The notes: generated from the sequence alone by a model not told the origin. A DNA stretch of 64,000 bases from an uncultured Gammaproteobacteria bacterium (GCA_964510885.1 CAZEDL010000002.1:707-64706); one strand, 5' to 3'; counted from the stretch's first letter, positions 48,356-57,526 are shown. Numbers and translations are program-made.

Positions 48356-49735
48356 TTACCAGCCGAATAATTTAGCAATTTCTTCGGGTGATTCACGTTT
48401 GCGGAAGACGTTGACGAGACCGTTTTGTAGTACAACTTTGGCTGGAGATGAAAGTAAGCAATGGTGCATGGCAAAGGCATCTTGGTAGGCGCCGGTGTCG
48501 AGCACGGCAATATACATGTCTTCGCCGGGGCCAAGATCTTCAAAGCGCGGCAGGAGCACATGCCCGTCAGCATCGGCATATTTGTCGTCGCTGTCGCAGG
48601 TGAGACCAGATAACCAGACGCGATCTTTCTTTTTAGCATCGAGGTGGGTGGCCGGAATAACATGCCATTTCTGGTGAATGGCCCAAGTGTCGAGCAGGTC
48701 GTTCATAAAGCTGCCATCCACGATATACCACTTTTTGGCGCCGCCATTGCTAGAGTTGTTAATATCTTTGGTGCCGATTACTTTGAAGACCGTGATTTGA
48801 GCTGGTGCAGCAATGTAGCGTCCCCATTCGGTGATGATATTCGGATGGGGCACCCCGGCGCGGTCACTGAGATCTTTGAGAGTAGTGACAATGCGCTTTA
48901 CGACACTTTCTACTTTGTAGAGCGGCTCGGTTTTTTCATAGGGAATCGGGAGGCCACCACCAATATTAATGGTGTCGAGGCTGGGGTTCAATTTGCGGAT
49001 CTTGAGGTAGGCACCGAAGGCTTCACGCACGGCCTGCACCAGATCATTTTCTTTCATAATCATGGAACCGATGTGGTAATGCAGGACTTTCAGATTGCGA
49101 ATTTTGCCGAGGTCGATAATTTCTTGTTCCAAGAGGCCAAACCGGTCGATTTTTTTATCCCAGTGAGAGCTGACTTTGGTCTGAAGATTGATGCGGATAC
49201 CTACATCACCTTTGAATCCACGCAGCGAATCGAGCTCGTCTACCGCTTCGATAATCGGAATGATGGCCAAATTTTTATCTTGTAATTCCTGAATCAGGCG
49301 CAGATATTGGACGGTTTTGGGGCCATTGCAAAGGATGCGGATTTTGGAGTGAAAATTTTCATTTTCCCACATTTTCTTCACCATCCAGAGTTCGTTGGCC
49401 GAGGTGACTTCGAGGTGGGCGCCTTCGGCGACAAGCGGCAAGACAAATTCTTTGCTTTGATTCACTTTCATTGGAAAGTGGTAGGTATATTTGCCTTTAT
49501 ACCCAGCTGATTTCATCGTGGAATAAAAAATCTCCAATAAATTGGAGAGGCGCTGCTCGAGCACGGAGGGCATGAAAATTTTGATGGACGCGTCGAATTT
49601 GCGCGCTAAATCGTAGACAGTGTATTGGTAATTACCTTCGCGAATCACGAGTTCACCATCGGGATTGACGTCAAAAAAATCAGTATTGAATTCTTTTTTA
49701 CCTAGTTTCCAAAATTGCTTGAAATTTTTTTTCAT
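48356..49735 (-). CDS. speA: Arginine decarboxylase (PLP, alanine-racemase fold)
   Basis: FPMKVN, CNGPK, HYHIGS, NIGGG, TCDSDD, GAYQD. Confidence 0.85.
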   Translation of the reverse strand: MKKNFKQFWKLGKKEFNTDFFDVNPDGELVIREGNYQYTVYDLARKFDASIKIFMPSVLEQRLSNLLEIFYSTMKSAGYKGKYTYHFPMKVNQSKEFVLPLVAEGAHLEVTSANELWMVKKMWENENFHSKIRILCNGPKTVQYLRLIQELQDKNLAIIPIIEAVDELDSLRGFKGDVGIRINLQTKVSSHWDKKIDRFGLLEQEIIDLGKIRNLKVLHYHIGSMIMKENDLVQAVREAFGAYLKIRKLNPSLDTINIGGGLPIPYEKTEPLYKVESVVKRIVTTLKDLSDRAGVPHPNIITEWGRYIAAPAQITVFKVIGTKDINNSSNGGAKKWYIVDGSFMNDLLDTWAIHQKWHVIPATHLDAKKKDRVWLSGLTCDSDDKYADADGHVLLPRFEDLGPGEDMYIAVLDTGAYQDAFAMHHCLLSSPAKVVLQNGLVNVFRKRESPEEIAKLFGW

Positions 49736-50006
49736 GCCGCGCCGGGGGTTAGATAAAAATAATAAAAGTAGAGTTATTGTAGCACAAAATAAGGCTTTTG
49801 TCAATGCCTTTTGGCTTTAATTTTAGAAATTTTTGAAGAAAATTTTCGCAAGAGTACCGATCTGATGCCGAAAAAGTATCTGAGTATAACTAAATACTAT
49901 TTTTTCTGGCCACTTGATCCAGACGCCAATTAATTTGGCAACTAAACCAGGGGGTTGTCCGTTTTGCGCTCGGGTGAGGCTAGGGGGACAGGGCCTATAG
50001 ATGCTG

Positions 50007-50510
50007 CTAAAGAGTGGGTGGTGTACCGTTGCTTGCCGCAGCGACAGAGAGCACCTCTCTTGCGGCCTGCTGCTGGCCTTTGTACATCAGATAGACAACA
50101 ACCAATGACAGCAGGAAGGCAGCAAGGTGGTAGTAGTTGGTGCGCGGTGAGATACCGGGCAGCACCTGGTTGACCAACCATACAAACACCGGCATCATGG
50201 CAAAAATGGCACGCATTTCAAACGCGCCGACGCCGCGATTCATAGCTTCAAAATAGAGGTAATCGGGAACGAAGAACAGGAATCCGAAGCCTAGGGCAGT
50301 AAAAAGTAGCCAGCCTGATGGTAAATTACCATCCGGATTCCCAGCAGTACGCATTTTGAGCATGATTGCGCCTGTGACGATGAGCATTGGAACATAGAAG
50401 CACGCCATCTGAGCAGGTGTTGAAACCCGCCCAGACAGAAAACGAGCAACGAGAACGTTGAAAAGAGCGCTCGCGAGCATTGCGGCGCACGCAAGAATGA
50501 TTCCAATCAT
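50007..50510 (-). CDS. EamA/DMT-like membrane protein (cassette 7)
   Basis: About 5 TM helices; YFEAMNRGV; AGGAG SD; only moderately GC-rich. Confidence 0.7.
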   Translation of the reverse strand: MIGIILACAAMLASALFNVLVARFLSGRVSTPAQMACFYVPMLIVTGAIMLKMRTAGNPDGNLPSGWLLFTALGFGFLFFVPDYLYFEAMNRGVGAFEMRAIFAMMPVFVWLVNQVLPGISPRTNYYHLAAFLLSLVVVYLMYKGQQQAAREVLSVAAASNGTPPTL

Positions 50511-50660
50511 TTTTTCATCTCCTGTGGTTTTGGTTCCGAACAGCGCGCAGCACGCTTACCTAGAAAGAATAAGCATCTGCGTGCTGTTCGGAATACTCAA
50601 AGAACTTGTTCTACAATTATTAGAACAAAGAAATATAGCAAACAATGATAGCGATGTCAA
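50511..50660 (-). promoter_or_regulatory. Cassette 7 promoter and structured leader with boxA-like element and SD
   Basis: TTGACA-17-TATATT; hairpin TTGTTCTA/TAGAACAA; GTTCTTTGA (50605-50597); stem TTCCGAACAGC/GCTGTTCGGAA. Confidence 0.72.
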
Positions 50661-50713
50661 TGTTTAGGAATACAAAAAACTAGCAGTTAGGCTAGTTTTT
50701 TGTAGCGAAATGG

Positions 50714-51433
50714 CTAATTATAAAAATCCATCTCAAGTGGCTCGTGAATACCGCGTAGCCGCGTTAATTCGGCTTTGCGGCCGTGAAAAAAGTCAATTGA
50801 TTGGCACACGGCTTCGTGACTCATTTCGGGGGCTAGGAGGCAGAGACCCTCTTCAAAGGCCCGGACCCGGGCGCGGATTTCGTCGACAAGCATTGGATGA
50901 TCAGTTTCCTTATCAGCCAGCTCGTGCAGGCGTTGTAGGTGGCCTTTTATTTCTTCGAGCACAGTTTCAAATTCCACTACTTTGGCCAGATATTTTTGCT
51001 GACTGAGGCCTTTTAACTCTTGTTCGACATAACGGCGCAGATCAAATTGCAGTTCGACCAAGGCTACACAGAGGCGTGTCCGGTCGTCGCTCGTGAAATA
51101 GTCAGCCGGGCGGCCAGAATGCAGCTCGCGTAGATTCCCGCCGTAGGCTTTGAAATCATGGTATTTGGCTTGTAATTCAGCTGGGAGCTTGGGCAAAAAG
51201 AATTTTTCCCCCACGGCAGCTTCGGCCGCAGCTAAAAATTCTTGATAGGCCTTGTTCCAAGGCCAGACTTCGTACCCCCAGGTTATCATGGCGTCTTCGA
51301 TGGCGGTCAGAGTCACTGATTCATCCCTTGAAACATGCTCAATCGCCTCATTCATTTCGTGTTTGAGGTTGTCGGGGAAGAGTGGGGGTAGGTTGTTGTA
51401 GAGTCGCCGAAAGAGGGCGAGGGTGGATTCCAT
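50714..51433 (-). CDS. Hypothetical helical protein
   Basis: 239-aa ORF in operon with the TrmH-family gene. Confidence 0.75.
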   Translation of the reverse strand: MESTLALFRRLYNNLPPLFPDNLKHEMNEAIEHVSRDESVTLTAIEDAMITWGYEVWPWNKAYQEFLAAAEAAVGEKFFLPKLPAELQAKYHDFKAYGGNLRELHSGRPADYFTSDDRTRLCVALVELQFDLRRYVEQELKGLSQQKYLAKVVEFETVLEEIKGHLQRLHELADKETDHPMLVDEIRARVRAFEEGLCLLAPEMSHEAVCQSIDFFHGRKAELTRLRGIHEPLEMDFYN

Positions 51434-51437
51434 ATAA

Positions 51438-51908
51438 CTATTGCCGCTTAAGATGTTTAGACAACTCGTAGAGTGCTACCCCTCCCGCAATACTGACATT
51501 TAAACTATTTTTTTTACCACGCATTGGAATTTCAAGGGCTGCATCACAGAGGTCGAGCAGATTTTTGGTGACGCCGGTTTTTTCGTTGCCAAGGATAAGT
51601 GCGAGCGGAAAAGAGAGCTGATACTTATATATACTAACACTCTTTTTAGTTTGCTCCAAGGCAATAATTTGGTATCCGTCGGCTTTTAATTTTTTGATGA
51701 GACGGCCGGGTTGCCTGACATATTCCCAAGGAACGAAATGTTCGGCGCCGAGAGAAACTTTGGCGACTTTGGGGTGGGCGGGAGTTGGCGAATAACCGGT
51801 AATATACACTTTATCTACACCGGCACCGTCGGCAGTGCGGAGCAGTGCGCCGACGTTGTGGGCACTACGGATGTTGGGGAGAATTAAGATAAATTGCGCG
51901 TGATCCAT
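51438..51908 (-). CDS. TrmH/SpoU family RNA methyltransferase
   Basis: NIRSAHNVGALLRTAD, GNEKTG, IPMRG..SLNVS. Confidence 0.92.
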   Translation of the reverse strand: MDHAQFILILPNIRSAHNVGALLRTADGAGVDKVYITGYSPTPAHPKVAKVSLGAEHFVPWEYVRQPGRLIKKLKADGYQIIALEQTKKSVSIYKYQLSFPLALILGNEKTGVTKNLLDLCDAALEIPMRGKKNSLNVSIAGGVALYELSKHLKRQ

Positions 51909-51947
51909 ATGTCATCGTCTGTTTTAACTGCCTGCTGGTAGGAGCCC

Positions 51948-52026
51948 GAATAAAGAATCATGAATTACGAATAAAGGAAGCAAAAATGCATTTCCTTACT
52001 TCTTAATTCGTAATTCGTGATTCTTT
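51948..52026. repeat. Inverted heptamer arrays overlapping the ruvC 3' end
   Basis: GAATAAA GAATCAT GAATTAC GAATAAA facing ATTCGTA ATTCGTG ATTCTTT. Confidence 0.7.
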
Positions 52027-52499
52027 AGCCACAAAGCCTGTCCTGCAGTGAGCGCTATCGCCAGGGCATCGGCGGCATCGTCGGATTTTACCGGTTGCTT
52101 GAGTTTCAAAATGGTGGCGACGATTTTTTGCATTTGCCCTTTGTCAGCACGGCCGTAACCAGTGACGGATTGTTTTACTTCAAGCGGAGTGAACTCATCG
52201 ATAGCAAGATCATGCTCGATACCGGCTAAGAGCACCACTCCCCGCGCCTGGGCCACCTGAATTGCGGTGGTGATATTTTTGAAAAAGAATAATTCTTCTA
52301 CAGCCAGGCGAGTCGGGTGATAAGTTTTGACCAGATCGGTGACAGCGGTATGGATATCTTTGAGCCGTTCTACAAAGGAGTCCTTCGGATCGGTTTCAAT
52401 ACAGCCGTAGGCAACAGCCTGCCACTCCCTGGTTTTTGTCTGCTCAATAATGCCATAACCCAGGCGACCAAAACCCGGATCGATACCGAGAATTCTCAT
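51996..52499 (-). CDS. ruvC: Holliday junction resolvase
   Basis: ILGIDPG, AVEELFF, QARGV, TGYGRADK, DDAADALAIA. Confidence 0.96.
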   Translation of the reverse strand: MRILGIDPGFGRLGYGIIEQTKTREWQAVAYGCIETDPKDSFVERLKDIHTAVTDLVKTYHPTRLAVEELFFFKNITTAIQVAQARGVVLLAGIEHDLAIDEFTPLEVKQSVTGYGRADKGQMQKIVATILKLKQPVKSDDAADALAIALTAGQALWLKNHELRIKK

Positions 52500-52518
52500 A
52501 TAAAACCCTTTAAACAGT

Positions 52519-52650
52519 GTGATCACGAGGAGCGTAGCGACGTCGTGACCCCCTTAATTTTAAAAAATCTGAAAACAGGGGGATTGCCATGTCGGTCGCC
52601 GCGAGACTCTCCTCGCAATGACACTACGATTGCCTTTTTAAACAGCCTCT
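52519..52650. repeat. REP/MITE-like palindrome
   Basis: TGATCACGAGGAG...CTCCTCGCAATGACA; IS-like end TTTTTAAACAGCCTC. Confidence 0.6.
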
Positions 52651-52684
52651 AAATCACACTACCATTTCCGCCTGGCGGAAATTT

Positions 52685-53407
52685 TCAAGCAGCGTTGGTA
52701 AAATAATCCGCCACATCATCGTGCTCCTCGAGAGCGCCAAATAAATCAGCTAATTTTTCCTGGTCTGCGTCGCTGAGCGCGACAGTATCTTTGGCAATCC
52801 ATTCGATGCCGGAGCGGAGTGGCTCGATACCAGCATCCTTCAGGGCATTGAGCACTTTTTGCAGATTTTCGACTTTGGTACGCACGATTATACCCTCGTC
52901 TTCGTCGCCAATATCTTCGGCTCCGGCTTCGATAAGTTTCATTTCAAGATCAAGGCGGCCATCTTTTAAATAAACCTTACTCACTTCAATCACCCCCCAT
53001 TCACCAAACATCCATTGCACGCTGCCGGGACCACCGATGTTGCCCCCGTTTTTAGAGAAGAGGTGCTTAATTTCTGGGGCAGTACGATTTTTGTTGTTGC
53101 TGACAACTTTGACCAATATCGCAGTGCCGGCCGGCCCAAATCCTTCATACAATAATTCTTCCATACGCGCTTCATCGGCTAATTCGCCGGTACCACGTTT
53201 GACAGCCCGATCGATATTATCTTTTGGCATGCTGGCCGCTTTAGCTTTGTCGATAGCTAGGCGGAGGGAAAAATTAGTGGCCGGGTCGCCACCCTTTTGG
53301 GCGGCTATGGTGACGGCTTTCGCAAGTTTGGTAAACACACCGCTTTTTACGGCGTCTTGTTTGCCTTTTCGGCCTTGAATATTGTGCCATTTGGAATGTC
53401 CGGACAT
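52685..53407 (-). CDS. yebC: YebC/PmpR family protein
   Basis: MSGHSKWHNI, MPKDNIDRA, YEGFGPAG, NKNRT. Confidence 0.95.
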   Translation of the reverse strand: MSGHSKWHNIQGRKGKQDAVKSGVFTKLAKAVTIAAQKGGDPATNFSLRLAIDKAKAASMPKDNIDRAVKRGTGELADEARMEELLYEGFGPAGTAILVKVVSNNKNRTAPEIKHLFSKNGGNIGGPGSVQWMFGEWGVIEVSKVYLKDGRLDLEMKLIEAGAEDIGDEDEGIIVRTKVENLQKVLNALKDAGIEPLRSGIEWIAKDTVALSDADQEKLADLFGALEEHDDVADYFTNAA

Positions 53408-53431
53408 ATTAACGTAGGCTGAAATTATAGT

Positions 53432-53803
53432 TTAATCGATATTTGCTTTAGGAAAGGTAACTGACCAGCCATCAGGAGTTCTCTGTGCGGCAAGGCCTTG
53501 TTCTGCAAGCATTTTGACTTCTTCGTCTGGGTGAATTTTGTATCTTTCCCGCCTTCCCGATCGCCGAGAGCTAGTGCCACTTTTGCTTTGGCCACGAGCC
53601 TGTGACCCTGTTGAAGTCGGTGAAGCAATATCGCCAGTCGGACCTTCGTCTATATCGGTTTGCTCTCCGATAAAGTCTACGTTTTCATCTACGGCCGCTT
53701 CGTCAGGTGCAGGTTTTGTTTTTTCTAAAGCCATTGAATTGAGCACTCCCGTTGGAGCCATAGCAATCTCTTCGGGTGTAGAACGCATTTCAGTATGAGT
53801 CAT
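53432..53803 (-). CDS. Hypothetical protein
   Basis: 123-aa low-complexity ORF. Confidence 0.55.
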   Translation of the reverse strand: MTHTEMRSTPEEIAMAPTGVLNSMALEKTKPAPDEAAVDENVDFIGEQTDIDEGPTGDIASPTSTGSQARGQSKSGTSSRRSGRRERYKIHPDEEVKMLAEQGLAAQRTPDGWSVTFPKANID

Positions 53804-53813
53804 ATGTTAAAAA

Positions 53814-55667
53814 TTATAAATCTATATACCCGTCTTGATTAAACTTTTTGGCATCAAGCGTGCTATTAGTATTTAGCCACTCTATAAAATCGATTCGACG
53901 TTTTCCGACCATTAACTGTACCTGAGATTTATTTGATTGCAATGGAAAGGCGTACATAGTTTTAACTTTTCCCGCTTGAATCGTCAAACCAACACTGAGG
54001 CCTTCTTGCGTATCCTTAGAAAAATATTGATCAAAAATAAAATTGCCAAGCGAGTAAAAAATAGGACGGTCTTTATATAGCTCCACTTCTTGCACCACAT
54101 GCGGATGAGCACCGATCACTGCGGTTACTCCCCAATCAATAAGGGTGTGGGCCAATTCTTGCTGCGTCGCATGCGAGTGGCGCTGATATTCATGGCCCCA
54201 ATGCATGAAGGCGATTACAGTGTCTGTCTCGGCTTTGGCCTTTTCTACCGTACTTTTGAGGGCCGTCATATCAGTGGGGTGATCAGTGGTATTAATGCCG
54301 ATGAAAGCTACTTTTTCATTTATTCCAGGGATTGATTTTATAAGTAAATACTCGTCGGTTTCTTTCAGTTCGTGGCCAAAATGACTGAGGTCGGCCTCGT
54401 CTAGTGTTTTCATGGTGAAATCGACATTGGCAAACCCCATATCAAGAGTGTGATTATTGGCCAGGCTGACGACATCGAAACCATTGTCTTTAAGAGCGGC
54501 GGCATACTTGGGGTCAAATCGGAAGGCGATGGTTTTGCTGGTGGGCACGCGGCTCGGCGCAAACGGGCCTTCGAGATTGGCTATCATTAAGTCGGTGCCT
54601 GTAAAGAACCGATTCTCGGCACCTTTTAATTTGGCAAAAATGTAATCAAGCCCCTGATTTCCCATGGCTTTAGCCACATTACGATCTAGCATGATATCAC
54701 CAAAAAACTGAAGTGTTATTAATGGACTTTTTTCTGGCTGACCCGGACTAAAATAGCCAATAATATGACTGGTTGTTTCTGTAATTTCGGAATTTCCGAG
54801 GAGTCTTGCACTATTAGTATGGGAAACTTGCCGGAAAGCCTCTATACTGCTTAATTTGTTGTACGTTAGCAAAAATCGTAGGCTAGCCGGACTGTCTATT
54901 TCAATATCCGACAAGCGATCTAAATTACCTGTGGCCAAAATATTAGCTGCCAACTCATCATGAAAGTCAGCTGGGGCCAGTGGTAAATAGTGTGAAAAAT
55001 CAACACTAGCGAGCACGAAGCTGTTTGGCGGAAGCTCTGCTTTCAGCAGTTTTGCAACTGCTTGCAGGGTTGAAGTGGGAGTATTTTCTTTTAAGATAAG
55101 CGGGACTAGTTCGGCGTGCGGCCAGGTGTGTTTGATAAACGGCACCACCGCCCCGATTGAATGCTCAGCATCAATTAATTTTTCGTCGGCAATAGCTAGA
55201 CCAAGTGATTCTAAGGTTTTAACTATCGGTAGATTGACTGGCAATATCCCGTCCGGAGTTTGCCAAGCGCCTTCACTGGTGGCAAGTGCCCATCCTCCAC
55301 GCTGCGAATGATTTGGACCGATGAGCACGACCACGGGTGGCTCTTGCGTACGAGGGCGTTCGAGTGATTTAAAAAATGCCGCGACTGCCTCTCCGGCCAC
55401 CAGATGGTGCGGTATAACGGCTGAATACACTTCTTCGGTAATGCGCTCACTTGAGGTTGCAGAATTATAAAACGAATTGAACAGATTTGGATCAGCTGGA
55501 ATTGTCTGATGAACTGAACTGCCATGTCGGACCACAGATAATTCCTGTACGATGCCGGTGACAGCAGGAAAAGCGTGGCGGTACAGAGCCTTGCCAAGAC
55601 AAAAAGCACCTGCCATAGCAAGCACAAAACTTACAACAATAATAACAACGACTAGGAGACGGTTCAT
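53814..55667 (-). CDS. MEMO1 (AmmeMemoRadiSam B)-like domain fused to CapA/PgsA-like metallophosphoesterase
   Basis: PHH, GPNH, EHS, SVDFSHY; then GDIMLDR, NLEGP, LANNH, HWG, GAHPH, YSLGNFIFDQ; N-terminal TM anchor. Confidence 0.88.
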   Translation of the reverse strand: MNRLLVVVIIVVSFVLAMAGAFCLGKALYRHAFPAVTGIVQELSVVRHGSSVHQTIPADPNLFNSFYNSATSSERITEEVYSAVIPHHLVAGEAVAAFFKSLERPRTQEPPVVVLIGPNHSQRGGWALATSEGAWQTPDGILPVNLPIVKTLESLGLAIADEKLIDAEHSIGAVVPFIKHTWPHAELVPLILKENTPTSTLQAVAKLLKAELPPNSFVLASVDFSHYLPLAPADFHDELAANILATGNLDRLSDIEIDSPASLRFLLTYNKLSSIEAFRQVSHTNSARLLGNSEITETTSHIIGYFSPGQPEKSPLITLQFFGDIMLDRNVAKAMGNQGLDYIFAKLKGAENRFFTGTDLMIANLEGPFAPSRVPTSKTIAFRFDPKYAAALKDNGFDVVSLANNHTLDMGFANVDFTMKTLDEADLSHFGHELKETDEYLLIKSIPGINEKVAFIGINTTDHPTDMTALKSTVEKAKAETDTVIAFMHWGHEYQRHSHATQQELAHTLIDWGVTAVIGAHPHVVQEVELYKDRPIFYSLGNFIFDQYFSKDTQEGLSVGLTIQAGKVKTMYAFPLQSNKSQVQLMVGKRRIDFIEWLNTNSTLDAKKFNQDGYIDL

Positions 55668-55738
55668 ACAGCGATATGCTAACTTACTTGGATATAAAAA
55701 ACAAGCGGCACGAGCCGCTTGTTTTTTATCAGTCTTTT

Positions 55739-57526
55739 TTATCTGATAACCCCTCCCCATTCAACCACGGTGAAGCCTTTTCGTTCAGGTGTCTTGCCAA
55801 GTGGCAGTGTCTCAACTGTGATCGGCGCATCAAGCGGTGTGAAGTCCATTAAGATACGGAACACGGTATCCGGACGAGGGGAAATGGTAAGCGGTGCCAA
55901 CACATTCATTTGACTGGTGCCAAGGAACGTAATGAAATAATACGGCTTAGCTTGCATGCGCGGCAGCCAGAATTCCAGGAAATCAGCGGTTTCTTTGGCA
56001 TTCAGGCCGAGAATGCCTAATTTTTCGCGCAGCGTAGTCTCAACTTCGGCCTTGGCTACTACGAAGCCGCGCTTAGGGGTTTGATACAAGCCGCCGCGGC
56101 CTTCCCAAAAGAGATACGGATAGGTTTTACCACTTGATACTTCGGTTAATGAGCCGTTCGGATCGGCTATAACATGCCAACCGTTGCCGTAGGCTGGATC
56201 GGAGTAGGTGAGGCCGCCTTGTGGGGCTACATTAACCTGTACTCGCGTAGTTTTTTCTGGATACAAATATATTACCGGCTTGCCACATTCGGCCGCTGGC
56301 AAAAATTTGTTGGCCCGTAATTTGATAAGGCGACCAAATGGATCGACCCAGAATAACAGAGGTTTTGTGGCAATAAAATCGGTATAAGAAATTTTTGATA
56401 CACTGCCGTCTCCATTTGTAACTGCCCATAATCCAGAATCATATAAATCTTTGAGCATCTGATGATTTGGGTCTTTTAATTCATATAGCCAATCTCCAAA
56501 TCCGGTTTTGGCTACTCCTGTCAAATCTTTTTCAAACATTAAGCCTTGTTCAGTGCTAATGTCACTGGGGTTTACCACTGAAGCGTAATTAGAGCCTCCG
56601 CAGCCGCCGACATCAATATATACATAGGTGCTGGTGCGCACTTTTCCATCGCTCCAATTGACAGACAAGACTCCATCTTTACTAATAAAGTCTGGCTGCA
56701 GGGCATAGTTAATGGCGCTTCCGTCGGGGCTGGTTAGATAAAAACCACCGGTCCTATCTGCTTGGCGAATTGGGCCGTATTGCGCATCGGTAAAGACAAT
56801 TTTGTCTTTGGGATCGACTTCGGCGGGGGCGGCGAATGCCAGGCTTTGCTGGCGGACAACTGCCTGGCGCGTGCTTGGCCCAACTAGGCGTTCTGGAAAA
56901 TCGAGGAGTGGAATAGTAAGCGTATTATCTACTGCCAAACGACCAGCCAAGACCGGATTCCAGGTTTCATCTTCGCTGCCAGTACTTTGTTGCGGATCAT
57001 TGTACTGATATTTATAGCCGGAATAGTTGCCAAGCATGATGATTTTATTGTCGTATTCTACGAATCGATACCAGACGTTGTCGCCTGGCCCTTCGGGCGG
57101 CACCTGTAACAGAATTACCCGGCCAATTTTGCCACCATAATTAATAGTCCCAACCTGGTAGTATTTGGCTCCTGCGCCATAATCATACTCTGTCTTGACC
57201 CCATCCACATTCGAACTGCTTTTCCCAAACCAGCTTGGCAGCACGGAAATCTCGGTACGGGTGCCCCAGATAATGCCTTTATAGAAATCAGCCGGCAAGG
57301 TTATGGCGGTAACAATTCTGGTGGCAAACTGGCCAGTACTGGTGGCGGAGTTATTTGGGGTGGCGGTGAGGGGCGGCGTGCCTGGCAGCTCGTTAGTAGG
57401 AGCAGTTGGAGAAACCGGATTACTTTTTTTAGCCAAAAAATAGCCGGCGGCGGCACTGCCACCAATCAAAACGACAGCTGCCACGGAGGTACCAATAATT
57501 AGCCCTTTTCGATTAGTTTCTAACAT
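55739..57526 (-). CDS. Membrane-anchored surface protein with C-terminal KPVIYLYP domain
   Basis: N-terminal TM; KPVIYLYP, YPYLFWEG, EFWLPRM, VEWGG. Confidence 0.8.
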   Translation of the reverse strand: MLETNRKGLIIGTSVAAVVLIGGSAAAGYFLAKKSNPVSPTAPTNELPGTPPLTATPNNSATSTGQFATRIVTAITLPADFYKGIIWGTRTEISVLPSWFGKSSSNVDGVKTEYDYGAGAKYYQVGTINYGGKIGRVILLQVPPEGPGDNVWYRFVEYDNKIIMLGNYSGYKYQYNDPQQSTGSEDETWNPVLAGRLAVDNTLTIPLLDFPERLVGPSTRQAVVRQQSLAFAAPAEVDPKDKIVFTDAQYGPIRQADRTGGFYLTSPDGSAINYALQPDFISKDGVLSVNWSDGKVRTSTYVYIDVGGCGGSNYASVVNPSDISTEQGLMFEKDLTGVAKTGFGDWLYELKDPNHQMLKDLYDSGLWAVTNGDGSVSKISYTDFIATKPLLFWVDPFGRLIKLRANKFLPAAECGKPVIYLYPEKTTRVQVNVAPQGGLTYSDPAYGNGWHVIADPNGSLTEVSSGKTYPYLFWEGRGGLYQTPKRGFVVAKAEVETTLREKLGILGLNAKETADFLEFWLPRMQAKPYYFITFLGTSQMNVLAPLTISPRPDTVFRILMDFTPLDAPITVETLPLGKTPERKGFTVVEWGGVIR

